This document shows, one piece after another, positions 44,027-53,989 of a stretch of 64,000 nt of DNA. The position numbers and the translations under genes were made by a program. This DNA is from a virus (Duplodnaviria > Caudoviricetes), in the IMG/VR virus record IMGVR_UViG_3300037466_003648, positions 1 to 64,000 of that record, one strand, 5' to 3'. The notes beneath the pieces were generated by a model that searched no databases, was not told where the DNA came from, and saw nothing but the letters and a program-made list of their open reading frames with translations. Each line of letters begins with the position of its first letter. Positions within the stretch are counted from its first letter, which is position 1.

Positions 44027-44353
44027 ATGCCGACCATCGTCAAGCAGCCTTGGGCTGAGTACGACGCGTGGTCGGGCTGCAAGCCGGATGGCTACTCGGT
44101 TCACCTCAGTGAGTCGGATCGAGTAGCCTTCGTTGATGGGTTCGACAAGACCTTCAACAACGAGGCGCAGGTCCCAGACAACTATGACAAGGCAGTTGGC
44201 AACCCCACGGTGATCGACGTTCCCGATCACGTACATCAGGCGCTGGTCGCGGTCCGGGAGGACAAGACGCACGACTACCCTTGGCGTGCATTTGGGATCT
44301 TCGTCCCCAACGACGCCGCGATCATGAAGTTGGGCATCAACCCCAACCCATAA
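44027..44353 (+). CDS. hypothetical protein
   Basis: ATG 1 nt after the upstream stop. Confidence 0.7.
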   Translation: MPTIVKQPWAEYDAWSGCKPDGYSVHLSESDRVAFVDGFDKTFNNEAQVPDNYDKAVGNPTVIDVPDHVHQALVAVREDKTHDYPWRAFGIFVPNDAAIMKLGINPNP

Positions 44354-44363
44354 GGAGTCCGCC

Positions 44364-44615
44364 ATGGACGCCGAATCCGCCTGGGCGATGGATCGTCACT
44401 GGGACGCGCCACCGCCCGAACCTCACTACAACTTGGGGATGTTGATCCTGTTCGTGGGTAGTTCGGTCCATCAAGCAGAGTCGCGATTGGCCGAAGCGAT
44501 TGCCAAGGCACCTGAAGGCGACATCAAGAACCGCCTTGCTGCTTGGGGCGAGCAGTTGAAGATCCTGGCTCAAGATCTTGACACCATACAATCCCTAGAA
44601 TCCCCCTTTAAATAA
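44364..44615 (+). CDS. hypothetical protein
   Basis: SD AAGGAG. Confidence 0.6.
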   Translation: MDAESAWAMDRHWDAPPPEPHYNLGMLILFVGSSVHQAESRLAEAIAKAPEGDIKNRLAAWGEQLKILAQDLDTIQSLESPFK

Positions 44616-44626
44616 GGAGCACCGCC

Positions 44627-45748
44627 ATGAGCACCGTCCGCACCACCATCGAGCGTCTGGTCAACGTCCGGCCGCACACCAACTCTGACAACCTGAACCT
44701 CGCCATCGTGCGTGGCTGGCAAATGGTCATGAACGACCGCAACGCGGAGAACCCGCGTAAGACCGGCGACCTGGTCGTTTACTTCGAGGCGGGCACCGTG
44801 CTTCCGTTGAAGTGGGCCGAGAAGTTCGAGGTCGTCAACTACCTCTCCAACAAGACGGACATCGAGGGCAACAAGGTCTTGGTGGTCGGCAAGGTCCGCT
44901 TGCGGGGCGAGCCCAGCTTCGGTCTCACGGTTCCCGTCGCCGAGGCGCTGGCCCTGATGGACGAGCCGGACACCGCGGTTCTGTTCGAGGGCGACGACGT
45001 GTCGCACCTCTTCGGCACCAGCAAGTACCGGCCGCCGGTCAAGGCGAGCGCGGGTGACGCCGAGGAGGATCACCCGCACTTCCAGCCCTACACCGACATC
45101 GAGAACCTGCGCAACTTCCCCAACATCATCGAGGAAGGCGAAGAGGTCACCTACCGCGAGAAGCTGCACGGCACGAACTGTCGCGTGGGCTTCGTGCGCT
45201 GTGACGAAGATCCCAACTGCATCGTCCGCATGGCGGGCTCGCGCGAACTGCGGCGCAAGGCGCCCAAGACCGACGACGAGATGGCCGCCAACACCTACTG
45301 GTTCCCGTGGACGCTGGAGTCGGTCAGCTTGATGCTCAGCCACCTGGGTATTCAAGGTAACCAGAGCGCGACGCTGTACGGTGAGGTCTACGGTGGTGGC
45401 GTCCAGAAGGGCTTCGACTACGGCCACAAGCGTCCGCAGTTCCGCGCCTTTGACCTGTCGGTCAACGGCAAGTACCTGGACGATCCCGAGTTCGAGGCGC
45501 TGTGCCAGGAGTTCGGTATCGAGGTGGCGCCGCTCGCGTACCGCGGTCCCCACAACATGGCCAAGCTCAAGGAGCTGGCTGAAGGCAAGACGGCCATCGA
45601 GGGTGCCACGCATATCAGCGAGGGCATCGTCGTAACCCCCACCAAGGAGCGTGTCCACCCGCAGGTGGGTCGCGTGATCCTCAAGTACGTGTCGGATGCC
45701 TACCTCTTCCGCAAGGGCGGGGATGACGACGACACGACCGACGTGTAA
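44627..45748 (+). CDS. ATP-dependent RNA ligase, DRB0094/Rnl2-type
   Basis: N-terminal HTNSDNLNLAIVRGWQ and GDLVVYFE; ligase motifs EKLHGTN (I), YGEVYG (III), FRAFDL (IIIa), EGIVV (IV), ILKYVS (V). Confidence 0.88.
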   Translation: MSTVRTTIERLVNVRPHTNSDNLNLAIVRGWQMVMNDRNAENPRKTGDLVVYFEAGTVLPLKWAEKFEVVNYLSNKTDIEGNKVLVVGKVRLRGEPSFGLTVPVAEALALMDEPDTAVLFEGDDVSHLFGTSKYRPPVKASAGDAEEDHPHFQPYTDIENLRNFPNIIEEGEEVTYREKLHGTNCRVGFVRCDEDPNCIVRMAGSRELRRKAPKTDDEMAANTYWFPWTLESVSLMLSHLGIQGNQSATLYGEVYGGGVQKGFDYGHKRPQFRAFDLSVNGKYLDDPEFEALCQEFGIEVAPLAYRGPHNMAKLKELAEGKTAIEGATHISEGIVVTPTKERVHPQVGRVILKYVSDAYLFRKGGDDDDTTDV

Positions 45749-45755
45749 TCACCAA

Positions 45756-45779
45756 GGGGCCAGCCTTCGGGTTGGCCCC
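45756..45779 (+). terminator. 10-bp hairpin with cUUCGg loop
   Basis: GGGGCCAGCC-TTCG-GGTTGGCCCC; no U-tract. Confidence 0.55.
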
Positions 45780-45797
45780 TCGCCGAAAGGAGCCACT

Positions 45798-46259
45798 ATG
45801 CCCCGCCCCAGCCGACGTACCCCGGAACGGGTCGTGGGTCGCGCCCACAAGGAACAATGCTTTGAACTGGCTCGGCAGCTGGCCACCGAGTTCAAGTTCA
45901 CGATGCCCTACTACAACGAGAAACAGTCTCTCTACCCGGAGACGTACTACGCCCAGCGGTTCATCGTGGTCAAGCGTCACACCATCTACAACAACGATGA
46001 CGACGGCCACGGCGCATCGGTCAAGGACGAGAACGCTTACGGCGAGTGGGCGGCTACTCCTGAAGACGCTGTCGAGAAGGTCCGTGAGGAGCTGAAGCAC
46101 TACGGCTACCGCCACGTCGAGGTCTACGATGTCGAGCGCCAAGAACAGTGCGACATCGACTTTGCCATCGTGTTGAAGTACAACGCGGTGGTGACCCAGG
46201 TGGCAGTGGCAGGCGGTGAGTACCTGGGCAACGCGCCCACAGTGAAAGGCAAAGACTAA
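45798..46259 (+). CDS. hypothetical protein
   Basis: GCCGAAAGGAGCC RBS. Confidence 0.7.
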   Translation: MPRPSRRTPERVVGRAHKEQCFELARQLATEFKFTMPYYNEKQSLYPETYYAQRFIVVKRHTIYNNDDDGHGASVKDENAYGEWAATPEDAVEKVREELKHYGYRHVEVYDVERQEQCDIDFAIVLKYNAVVTQVAVAGGEYLGNAPTVKGKD

Positions 46260-46732
46260 TGGGCATGTTCGATTCGTTCTTCGCACCGATCACCTGCCCG
46301 CGCTGCAAGCAGCATTTCCCGAACGGCGAACTGCAGACCAAGCACGGTGTCTGCCACCTGGAGAAAGTGCGCATCGGCGAGTCCTCTCGCAAGATCGACA
46401 GCGGATTGCAGACCGGTGTGATCGACGACATTCTCTGGTTCTGTCCCAACGACGCGTGCCGCAAGGCCACCGCCTGGAAAGACACCCCGCGTGTCAAGGT
46501 CTTCATCCGCGACTTCGTGTTCATGGGAGCCAAGGTCGAGGACCAGACCAACCCCGACGACGACTTCGCAGACTCGCCGGTACCGTTCCGCGTAGAAGTT
46601 GCCCCGAAGGACAACTACGTGGAGCAGCTGGAGCAGGTCATCGCGCGCGTCAAGGACGCCTTCGAGAATGGCGACTACAGCAAGGTCTACGACGAGTTGA
46701 AGGACTACGGACACCTGTCCGTGAAGGAGTAA
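46259..46732 (+). CDS. hypothetical protein with N-terminal zinc ribbon
   Basis: MGMFD...CPRC...QTK..VC pattern; TAATG overlap. Confidence 0.75.
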   Translation: MGMFDSFFAPITCPRCKQHFPNGELQTKHGVCHLEKVRIGESSRKIDSGLQTGVIDDILWFCPNDACRKATAWKDTPRVKVFIRDFVFMGAKVEDQTNPDDDFADSPVPFRVEVAPKDNYVEQLEQVIARVKDAFENGDYSKVYDELKDYGHLSVKE

Positions 46733-46734
46733 CG

Positions 46735-47193
46735 ATGCACACTCAGATCCGCGAACTGGCCGAAGCTCTGCTGAACCGCCGGAATGGTGGTGGCGGTGAA
46801 CTAGATGGCCCCGTGCGTAATCTGCTAGCAGCAATCGCCGAAGAGCACACGGAGTTCGCTGACATCATCTACGAGTACCTGCCGGACATTGTCACCGGTA
46901 CCTACGATCGTCGCTTCGAGCTGGTTGAGATCAAGGAGGGCGACTTGCCGCGGCTAACGGTCGCCACCAACCGCATTTCGCTCAAGATGCCCAAGGGGTC
47001 GTCTCAAGCGATGATCGACCATTACACCAGCTTGGCACATACCATTGCTGATCAGGTCGACAACCCGCACACGGTGCGCGGCACGTTCATCGGAACAGGT
47101 ATCCGCCTACGCGACGTTAAGAACAAGACGTACGGCCGCTTCGATGAGAACGGTCAGCGCAAGGTGCCCGATGTTCAACCCGACGAGGCGTGA
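46735..47193 (+). CDS. hypothetical protein
   Basis: SD AAGGAG. Confidence 0.65.
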   Translation: MHTQIRELAEALLNRRNGGGGELDGPVRNLLAAIAEEHTEFADIIYEYLPDIVTGTYDRRFELVEIKEGDLPRLTVATNRISLKMPKGSSQAMIDHYTSLAHTIADQVDNPHTVRGTFIGTGIRLRDVKNKTYGRFDENGQRKVPDVQPDEA

Positions 47194-47197
47194 CACG

Positions 47198-47842
47198 ATG
47201 CCGGACCGCATGCAAGACCTGGGGGACCTGCGAGACGCCTGCATGGGTTGTCGCAACTGCGATCTAGCAATTGCTAGAACCAACGTGGTCTTCGCTCGCG
47301 GCAACCCCTACGCACACGCGATGATCGTGGGCGAGGCGCCCGGCGCCGACGAAGACGCCACGGGCAAGCCCTTCGTCGGGCGCGCCGGTCAGCTCCTCGA
47401 CCGGATGTTCAAGTCCGTGGGGCTGGACACCGAGGAGCACTTCTACCTCACTAACACCGTGCGCTGCCGTCCGCCGGGGAACGCCAAGCCCACGCCCGAC
47501 CAAACTGCCGCCTGCAAGTACTGGCTCATCGACCAGATCCATCTGCTGCAGCCGCGCTTCATCGTGGCCGTCGGCGGCGTCGCCACAAGCTGGTTCAAGG
47601 GCGAGGAGGCCAAGATCACGCACCTCCGCGGACGCTGGTTCACCTGGAGCCCGCCGGACAGTTCGCTGGTCATCCCGGTCTTCCCCATCCTGCACCCCGC
47701 GTATCTGCTGCGCCAGAACGACCCACGTTGGGAAGACCCGACATCGCCGCACAGCTTGACCTTCCGGGACATGAAAGCCATCCGTCGTGCCTACCAGAAT
47801 CGCGGGCTCATCAACACCGCCGACCTTCCCGCAGAGGAGTGA
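47198..47842 (+). CDS. uracil-DNA glycosylase, family 4 (Fe-S)
   Basis: CMGCRNC, GEAPG, FVGRAGQLL, CRPPGN, HPAY. Confidence 0.93.
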   Translation: MPDRMQDLGDLRDACMGCRNCDLAIARTNVVFARGNPYAHAMIVGEAPGADEDATGKPFVGRAGQLLDRMFKSVGLDTEEHFYLTNTVRCRPPGNAKPTPDQTAACKYWLIDQIHLLQPRFIVAVGGVATSWFKGEEAKITHLRGRWFTWSPPDSSLVIPVFPILHPAYLLRQNDPRWEDPTSPHSLTFRDMKAIRRAYQNRGLINTADLPAEE

Positions 47843-47845
47843 TCC

Positions 47846-48037
47846 ATGCAGAAACCCAACTACGACAACCTGACACCTAATGAGAAAGCAGCATTTCTCG
47901 CGGGCATGCAGTACGGCGCCGATCGCGTTGGTAGCGAGATCAGTGACAACGCTCTGCACTACTTCGATGCTGCCTACAAGCTCGTGGAGAACGAGATCGA
48001 GGAAAGTCAAGCCGAGCTGAACAAGGAGCAGAGGTAG
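47846..48037 (+). CDS. hypothetical protein
   Basis: SD GAGGAG. Confidence 0.6.
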   Translation: MQKPNYDNLTPNEKAAFLAGMQYGADRVGSEISDNALHYFDAAYKLVENEIEESQAELNKEQR

Positions 48038-48039
48038 TC

Positions 48040-48498
48040 ATGGGTCAGAAACTGCAAGAGCACTGGATCGAGCCGCCCATCCAGATCGCCTCCGAGATGG
48101 CGTCCAGCGTCCACTGGTTCCAGGTGGGCATCGCCAAGGATAACCGCGACGAGAAGCCGTACCTCCGCATCAGCATCTGGCAGAAGGTCTTCCGCCTCGA
48201 CAACCACGAAGCGATCGCCGCCGTCGCCAAGGTCGCCTTGCGGTGGGTGGAACTGTACACCCCGAAGAAGGAAACGATCGGCGTCGACCTCTGGCGGGAA
48301 GGTTTCTCCATGACGGGGGAGTCCGGTACGGCCGAGTTTCTGGGGCACTACCCGGAAGCCAAGACCGTGCGGGAAGCAGCGGACGCTCACGCAGCGGCGA
48401 ACCCCCAATTCGCCAAGCTGTACAAGCCCGAGCACCTTACCTACTGGGGTTGCCGCTTGTACGACAACGAGGCCGATGCACGCAAGAGCTTCGGTTAG
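48040..48498 (+). CDS. hypothetical protein
   Basis: ORF; ends YWGCRLYDNEADARKSFG. Confidence 0.7.
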   Translation: MGQKLQEHWIEPPIQIASEMASSVHWFQVGIAKDNRDEKPYLRISIWQKVFRLDNHEAIAAVAKVALRWVELYTPKKETIGVDLWREGFSMTGESGTAEFLGHYPEAKTVREAADAHAAANPQFAKLYKPEHLTYWGCRLYDNEADARKSFG

Positions 48499-48559
48499 TT
48501 GACGACGTCCCGGTCTTTTGACCAGTTGGGTTGGTTGTCCACTGCTGAAAGGAGCCCCC

Positions 48560-49009
48560 ATGCACACGCTTACGGCTGCCCCGCTTACCATCACCTTCGG
48601 GAAGCATGCTGGCATCCCGATCACCCGCGTCCCGCCGGACTTCCTCGTCTGGCTTGCCAGCAAGAGCGAGTTCGTCATGGACGGCATCGAGTGGGTCGCG
48701 ATCGCCGAAGCCGAGTTAAAGCGCCGCGGCACCCGGCGGGAGGGTATCCTACCCAGCCACCACGCCATCGACCGCTTCAGCCAGCGACACCTGGACAAGT
48801 TCCTCCAGCGGGAGAACCCCGACGAGGGCTTGTCCAGCTTCGTCGGCCGCTTGGCAACCACCGCGTGGGAGCTGGGCGAGGTCATCAACTACGAGGAGAT
48901 CGGTGACATGATGACCGTCGTCAAGGCGCTGGGCAACATGGGCTTCGTGTTCGCCTGCACCTCCGAACCGCGACCGCTCACGGTCAAGACCGTCTTGGTT
49001 CTGGAGTAG
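48560..49009 (+). CDS. DUF3820-like N-terminal domain protein
   Basis: SD GAAAGGAG; ITFGKHAGIPITRVPPDFLVWL. Confidence 0.65.
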   Translation: MHTLTAAPLTITFGKHAGIPITRVPPDFLVWLASKSEFVMDGIEWVAIAEAELKRRGTRREGILPSHHAIDRFSQRHLDKFLQRENPDEGLSSFVGRLATTAWELGEVINYEEIGDMMTVVKALGNMGFVFACTSEPRPLTVKTVLVLE

Positions 49010-49018
49010 GTGGCGTAG

Positions 49019-49231
49019 ATGGAAGTTTATGTCTACGCGGGCAATGCTCCGCTGGGTCAGGAGCCCTTGGGCACTGAAGGACGGCACATTTGGCGGGATC
49101 TCACCACCCTTAAGGGAGCCATTCAACGCGCCCGTGCGTTGTACCCCAGCGATGGGTTCATGGTCTACACCTTCACCAACTTCTTCAACGACGCGACGTT
49201 CAAGCTCCAGCACAGGGAGCCGGGCTTGTAG
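49019..49231 (+). CDS. hypothetical protein
   Basis: ORF; EPLGTEGRHIW. Confidence 0.6.
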   Translation: MEVYVYAGNAPLGQEPLGTEGRHIWRDLTTLKGAIQRARALYPSDGFMVYTFTNFFNDATFKLQHREPGL

Positions 49232-49254
49232 GATCGTTACATGCGTGGTAAGGT
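49226..49254 (+). promoter_or_regulatory. sigma-70-type promoter with extended -10
   Basis: TTGTAG-17 nt (ending TGG)-TAAGGT. Confidence 0.5.
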
Positions 49255-49278
49255 ACATGTACTTCCAAGGAGGTACAT

Positions 49279-49572
49279 ATGGCTCCCCGTTGTCATCACT
49301 GCCTGTTGCTCGCCCAGGCAGTCATTGCGATCCCAGGTCAGAAGATCTACACCTGCCCACGGCACGGTAGGATCACAACCATCGTCGAGATGGACGCTCC
49401 CGAACCGGTCCCGGTAGAGGACGAAGGTGATGACGAGGAGCTGGGCGCCTACCGTCGTGTGGTTGCCCAAGCTTACCCGAACGCGCAGCCTGTCGCGAGC
49501 GACGAGCCCGAAGGTTACGAGACCTTCTCCCACATCCCTGGATACACCCGCTTTACGAGGAACAGTGCCTAA
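49279..49572 (+). CDS. small Cys/His protein
   Basis: SD AAGGAGG. Confidence 0.6.
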   Translation: MAPRCHHCLLLAQAVIAIPGQKIYTCPRHGRITTIVEMDAPEPVPVEDEGDDEELGAYRRVVAQAYPNAQPVASDEPEGYETFSHIPGYTRFTRNSA

Positions 49573-50201
49573 TGGCTGGCAAGAAGCACACCGGGTTCGC
49601 CCACGAAGATCGCCGTGCCAAGAAGCACGAGTGGGGAACCCCTGCCACGATCTTCGAGTTGCTGAACATCATGTTCGATCTGGACCCGTGCCATCCCCAG
49701 ATCGCCTACTCCATTCCCATCGACAACTGGTGCCACGCCTGGTACACCAAGGAGGATGATGGGCTCAAGTCGCCGTGGTTCGGGCGGGTCTTCATGAACC
49801 CGCCCTACGGTGACGGCATCATCCACTGGATGGCGAAGATGCACGAGCACGCGAACGGCATCGCGCTCGTGTTCGCCCGCACAGACGTCAAGTGGTACCG
49901 ACAGTACGCGCTCCAGGCTGACGCGATCCTGTACCTCAAGACCCGCTTGAAGTTCATCGACATGAACGACGACAAGGACGAAGAGAAGGCGAAGAACGGC
50001 GCGGGCGCCGGGTCGATGCTCGTTGCCTGGGGCGACGACAACGTGGCTGCCCTTGCCAACCTCGCCCATTTGGGCGACTTTAGGGATCTCCGCATCGAGC
50101 GTCTGTTCAAGTCCTACGCCGGTAAGCCCCTCAACGCGCTCACGACCGCTGCTGCCAAGCTGTTGATCGGGGCGGCAGTCGAGAACTGCGTAGCCGCCTG
50201 A
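49572..50201 (+). CDS. phage DNA N6-adenine methyltransferase (Dam-like)
   Basis: EWGTP, FDLDPC, DDGL..PW.GRVFMNPPYG, ARTD..W. Confidence 0.88.
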   Translation: MAGKKHTGFAHEDRRAKKHEWGTPATIFELLNIMFDLDPCHPQIAYSIPIDNWCHAWYTKEDDGLKSPWFGRVFMNPPYGDGIIHWMAKMHEHANGIALVFARTDVKWYRQYALQADAILYLKTRLKFIDMNDDKDEEKAKNGAGAGSMLVAWGDDNVAALANLAHLGDFRDLRIERLFKSYAGKPLNALTTAAAKLLIGAAVENCVAA

Positions 50202-50217
50202 CAGAAAGGAGCACCCC

Positions 50218-52431
50218 TTGTCCTGCGAGATTCGCCTTCGCACCGACATCTATGACGAGCCCATGGCCGCCTTCTTTAGGATGGTCCCGGCCGTTCACAA
50301 ACAGAACCTGCCAGATGGTCGGCTCATGTACACGTTCTACGGCGACGAGGGTTACCGGGTCTTCGTAGATACCGCCAACTGCCAGATCCAGGTCTGGGAG
50401 CAGTCACAAGAGTTCGATGATGACGACTTCGGCGCCCACATGAGGCGCAAAGACCCTTGGAGCTTCTCGTTCACCAGTATCTCGGCCGACGAGATCGTGA
50501 AGCGTCTGCGCAAGACGGCGCACGAGCTGATCTCCGACACCATCAAGAGCGAGCTGAACCTCGATCCCAAGTTGGGCACCGTCCAGATCACCATGGACAT
50601 CCCCTATGAAGTGGGGACCTGGCTCAAGCGCGGTATGGCGCCTTCCCTCGCAGGTCGCATGACGGGTGATGCTCGCAACGAGGACATCTACAGGTATCTG
50701 GTACCCAAGTGGGTGGCCGAAGGTGCCGTCAACTTCGCCCAGGAGATGCGACACTCGCGTTACAGCTACAGCCTGGCGGTCCTGAACTTCTACTGGGCGC
50801 ATCACGAGGTCATCAAGGAGATCAAGACCAAGTACCCTCGGCTCTACAAGTACCTGCCCGAGTACCTGTCCAACGGGCACGAACGCGCGGGTGTGACGCA
50901 GGCAGAGAAAGACGCTGCCCGCCAGAACTGGGACCGCAAGCGCAAGTCTCTGATCACGGAGCTGCGCAACTACGTGATGTGGAAGTGCAAGCTCACCAAG
51001 AGCGAGTTGGCCGAGTGGTTGGAGCTGGACGAGCAGAAGTTCGTCTGGATGACCAAGTACGGCGCCGACATGGGTTACGGCGTGGCGCTGGACGTGATCC
51101 GGGCAACCGGTCGCACTCCTGCCATGACGGGTCTCGATACCCTCAACCGCTTCTGGCGTGACGTGCACCACCGCTACACCATCGTGGACTCCGCTTTCTT
51201 GCGGCAGCTCTTCGTCGAGGCGCTGAAGCAGTCCATCAAGCGGCGCCACCGCATGGGCATCGCCCAGTGGCTGGAGCTGGAGTGGGGCCAGGTCGCCGAC
51301 TGGTACCGCGCGGCGGGACGGGCATTCCGTCCCGACAAGAACCAGAAGGGCGCCAAGTGGAGCTGGTTCGTCCGTCACTCCGAAGAGTGGCACGACCAGC
51401 AAGCCATCGCCAAGATGGACGCCAGCACGCCCACCGACGAGTGGACGTCGCTGATTCCCCAGCACGTCGCGGGCGACTTCCTGTTCGTGCCGATGCTCTC
51501 CAACAAGGATCTCCACATCGAGGGCGAATCGCAGGCGCACTGCGTCGGCGGATCGACCTACGTGGAAGGCTCCAAGCGAGGCGACATGTTGATCTGGTCG
51601 ATCCGCACGCGCGAGAACAACCGCGTCGCGACACTCCAGCTCAACAAGCGCGTCGACAAGGTCAAGGTGAAGGACGAGAACGGTCAGGACAAGGAGGTCG
51701 ACAAGATCGTCTGGCTCCGCGGCCAGTGCCTCGGTAAGCGCAACTCCCAGATCGAACCGGCTACCAGTGCGGCAGCCGACGACCTGATCAAGCGCTACAA
51801 CCAGCACCAGAGCATCGACTGGGAAGCCGAGCGCGAGCGCGATCAGCTTGCCTACGAAGCCAAGAAGAAGGCAGCCGTCGAGAAGGCACGCAAGGCGGCG
51901 AAGCACACCAAGCGCGTCGAGAAGCTGCTGAAAGAAAACCCGCTGATGCCGCTGGACCAGGCACGTCAGCTCGCAGCCGAGCAGATTGCCACGGAAGAGC
52001 GCGAGAAGGCGGAGAAGGAGCGCAAGAAGGTGGACGATCAGGGCCGTGTGCTCTCGATCGTGGACAGCGAGACCGACGAGGTTCCGCCGCCCATCACCGA
52101 CGCCGAGCCCGGTTGGGTTTGTCCCGGTGTCGAGCCTCCCGAACAGCTCACGCAAGCCGCCCAGGAGTTCCAGGAAGCCGTCGTGGCGCTCGAAGCTCCT
52201 CCGGCACCCCCGGAGGTCGAGGACACCCCGGACGACGTTCCTGACGGCTTTCAACGGCTAGTAGAACAGGCGTTGGGGGACGAGCCCGAACTCGAACTGC
52301 CGCCCGCGCCTGAACGGACCATGGACGAGATGATCGCCCGACACAACGAACAACTCGCCGAAGCGCTGGATGCGCCTACAGCATTGGTTAACCATCCCCA
52401 AGATCCCCAACCGGTTGATGCCGCGGCCTAG
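50218..52431 (+). CDS. PcfJ-domain protein with acidic C-terminal tail
   Basis: SD GAAAGGAG, TTG start; LHIEGESQAHCVGG...IWSIR...VATLQL...QCLGKRN. Confidence 0.75.
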   Translation: MSCEIRLRTDIYDEPMAAFFRMVPAVHKQNLPDGRLMYTFYGDEGYRVFVDTANCQIQVWEQSQEFDDDDFGAHMRRKDPWSFSFTSISADEIVKRLRKTAHELISDTIKSELNLDPKLGTVQITMDIPYEVGTWLKRGMAPSLAGRMTGDARNEDIYRYLVPKWVAEGAVNFAQEMRHSRYSYSLAVLNFYWAHHEVIKEIKTKYPRLYKYLPEYLSNGHERAGVTQAEKDAARQNWDRKRKSLITELRNYVMWKCKLTKSELAEWLELDEQKFVWMTKYGADMGYGVALDVIRATGRTPAMTGLDTLNRFWRDVHHRYTIVDSAFLRQLFVEALKQSIKRRHRMGIAQWLELEWGQVADWYRAAGRAFRPDKNQKGAKWSWFVRHSEEWHDQQAIAKMDASTPTDEWTSLIPQHVAGDFLFVPMLSNKDLHIEGESQAHCVGGSTYVEGSKRGDMLIWSIRTRENNRVATLQLNKRVDKVKVKDENGQDKEVDKIVWLRGQCLGKRNSQIEPATSAAADDLIKRYNQHQSIDWEAERERDQLAYEAKKKAAVEKARKAAKHTKRVEKLLKENPLMPLDQARQLAAEQIATEEREKAEKERKKVDDQGRVLSIVDSETDEVPPPITDAEPGWVCPGVEPPEQLTQAAQEFQEAVVALEAPPAPPEVEDTPDDVPDGFQRLVEQALGDEPELELPPAPERTMDEMIARHNEQLAEALDAPTALVNHPQDPQPVDAAA

Positions 52432-52449
52432 CGGCGAGGAGGACCCACC

Positions 52450-53946
52450 ATGGCAAATGCCACGGACGAGAAGTACAAGCGAGCGCGTGACATCGTTGCC
52501 GCGTACCAGAAGGGCGGCATCTACCGCGCCAAGGACGCGATGACGCAGCAGAACCGTGACACGGAGCTGATGTTCGAGTACACCGCGCACCTGCAGTCCG
52601 AGCTGGACCAGCTGGAGCTGCAGGACGGCGACAGCGGCGGCAAGATCGTCGCCTTCACCGGCATCGCGCCTTCGGACAACAGCCCCGAGATCGCCGAGCT
52701 GCAGACCAAGCTCGACGAGGCGCAGGAGACCATCATGCAGCTTCAGCTGAAGCTGCAGGGTGAAGGCAACAGCGCCGAGACCGACGAGCTGAAGCAGAGG
52801 CTGGCCGATGCCGAGGCGGCGGCGGGCACCAGCGAGAACGCGGACATCTACGACATCCTCAAGACCACCCGTGTCTCGCTCAACAGCACCAAGATCGAGC
52901 TGGCTGGCGCCACGACGAACATCAAGGCGCTGCACGAGCAGCTGGAGACGGCTCGCCAGGAGCTGGACAAGACCATGACCGAGCTGTCGTCCACCAAGGG
53001 CGCCCTCGCGGCCAAGGAGACCCAGCTGACCGAAGCGCTCGACTCGGCCAACAAGTCGATCGGGGACCGCAACACCCAGATCGAGACGCTCACGGACACG
53101 ATCACGAAGCTGGAGTTCCAGCTGAACGAGGCCAAGTCCGCGGTGCCCACGGCTCCTGCGCCCCTCGCGACGCCGCATTCTCACGAGGTGTACCCGCGCG
53201 AAGTCTCGCCGACGCAGCTGCGCGAGATCTTGGCGCTGGTCAATCAGGGCCGCAAGATCGACGCGTTGAAGCTGCACCGCGAGATCACCGGTCTCGGTCT
53301 CAAGGAGGCGAAGGACTTCATCGACAAGCTGGTCTCGTCCAGCGAGATGCAGAACGCGGCCACCTTGGGCGTCGTTTCGCCAGACTCGATCCGGTTCATG
53401 CACGGCGGGACGGAGATGACCCTGACCGCCTGGATGAACGACGTCGACAACAAGCTCAACGGCTTGGGCAAGTACGGCGTGTCCGAGATCCAGGCGATCG
53501 TTCCTCCCAAGGAGGTTACGGGCATCGTCATCGCCGATGGGACCCTCGACTCGATGACGCTGGGTGTCGATCCCGCCGTTGAGAGCGGTGACACCACCAG
53601 CATCTCGATCGTGGACCGCATGCCCGAGGCGGTCTCCCAGCACTTGCCGGAAGCGGTGGAGTCCGTGGACGAAGACGAGGACGAGGTCGATGAAGCGCCC
53701 GAGCTGGCGGTGAAGGCGACCGAGCCCGAAGACAAGAAGCCGAAGACCGGCGACTGGCTCTTCACGTCGGACCTCTTCAAGGCGCTGGGCGGCGACCCCA
53801 AGGACACCTCGTCCAAGGTCACGTTCGGTGGCAAGACCCTGACGTACAAGGCGTTCCGCCAGCAGGAGAACTCCTTCTTCACGAAGGCTGGCCTGAAGGT
53901 GGACACCAAGCGTCAGAGCAAGAAGGAGCCCTGGCTGCAGCGCTAG
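52450..53946 (+). CDS. long coiled-coil protein with an embedded ribosomal bL12 C-terminal-domain-like module
   Basis: Heptad-rich residues ~75-230; KIDALKLHREITGLGLKEAKDFID resembles bL12 KIxVIKxVRxITGLGLKEAKxLV. Confidence 0.75.
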   Translation: MANATDEKYKRARDIVAAYQKGGIYRAKDAMTQQNRDTELMFEYTAHLQSELDQLELQDGDSGGKIVAFTGIAPSDNSPEIAELQTKLDEAQETIMQLQLKLQGEGNSAETDELKQRLADAEAAAGTSENADIYDILKTTRVSLNSTKIELAGATTNIKALHEQLETARQELDKTMTELSSTKGALAAKETQLTEALDSANKSIGDRNTQIETLTDTITKLEFQLNEAKSAVPTAPAPLATPHSHEVYPREVSPTQLREILALVNQGRKIDALKLHREITGLGLKEAKDFIDKLVSSSEMQNAATLGVVSPDSIRFMHGGTEMTLTAWMNDVDNKLNGLGKYGVSEIQAIVPPKEVTGIVIADGTLDSMTLGVDPAVESGDTTSISIVDRMPEAVSQHLPEAVESVDEDEDEVDEAPELAVKATEPEDKKPKTGDWLFTSDLFKALGGDPKDTSSKVTFGGKTLTYKAFRQQENSFFTKAGLKVDTKRQSKKEPWLQR

Positions 53947-53963
53947 GGTAGTACACCCAACAC

Positions 53964-53989
53964 AGGGGCGGGGCTTCGGCTCCGCCCTT
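53964..53989 (+). terminator. 11-bp hairpin with cUUCGg loop
   Basis: AGGGGCGGGGC-TTCG-GCTCCGCCCTT. Confidence 0.55.
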
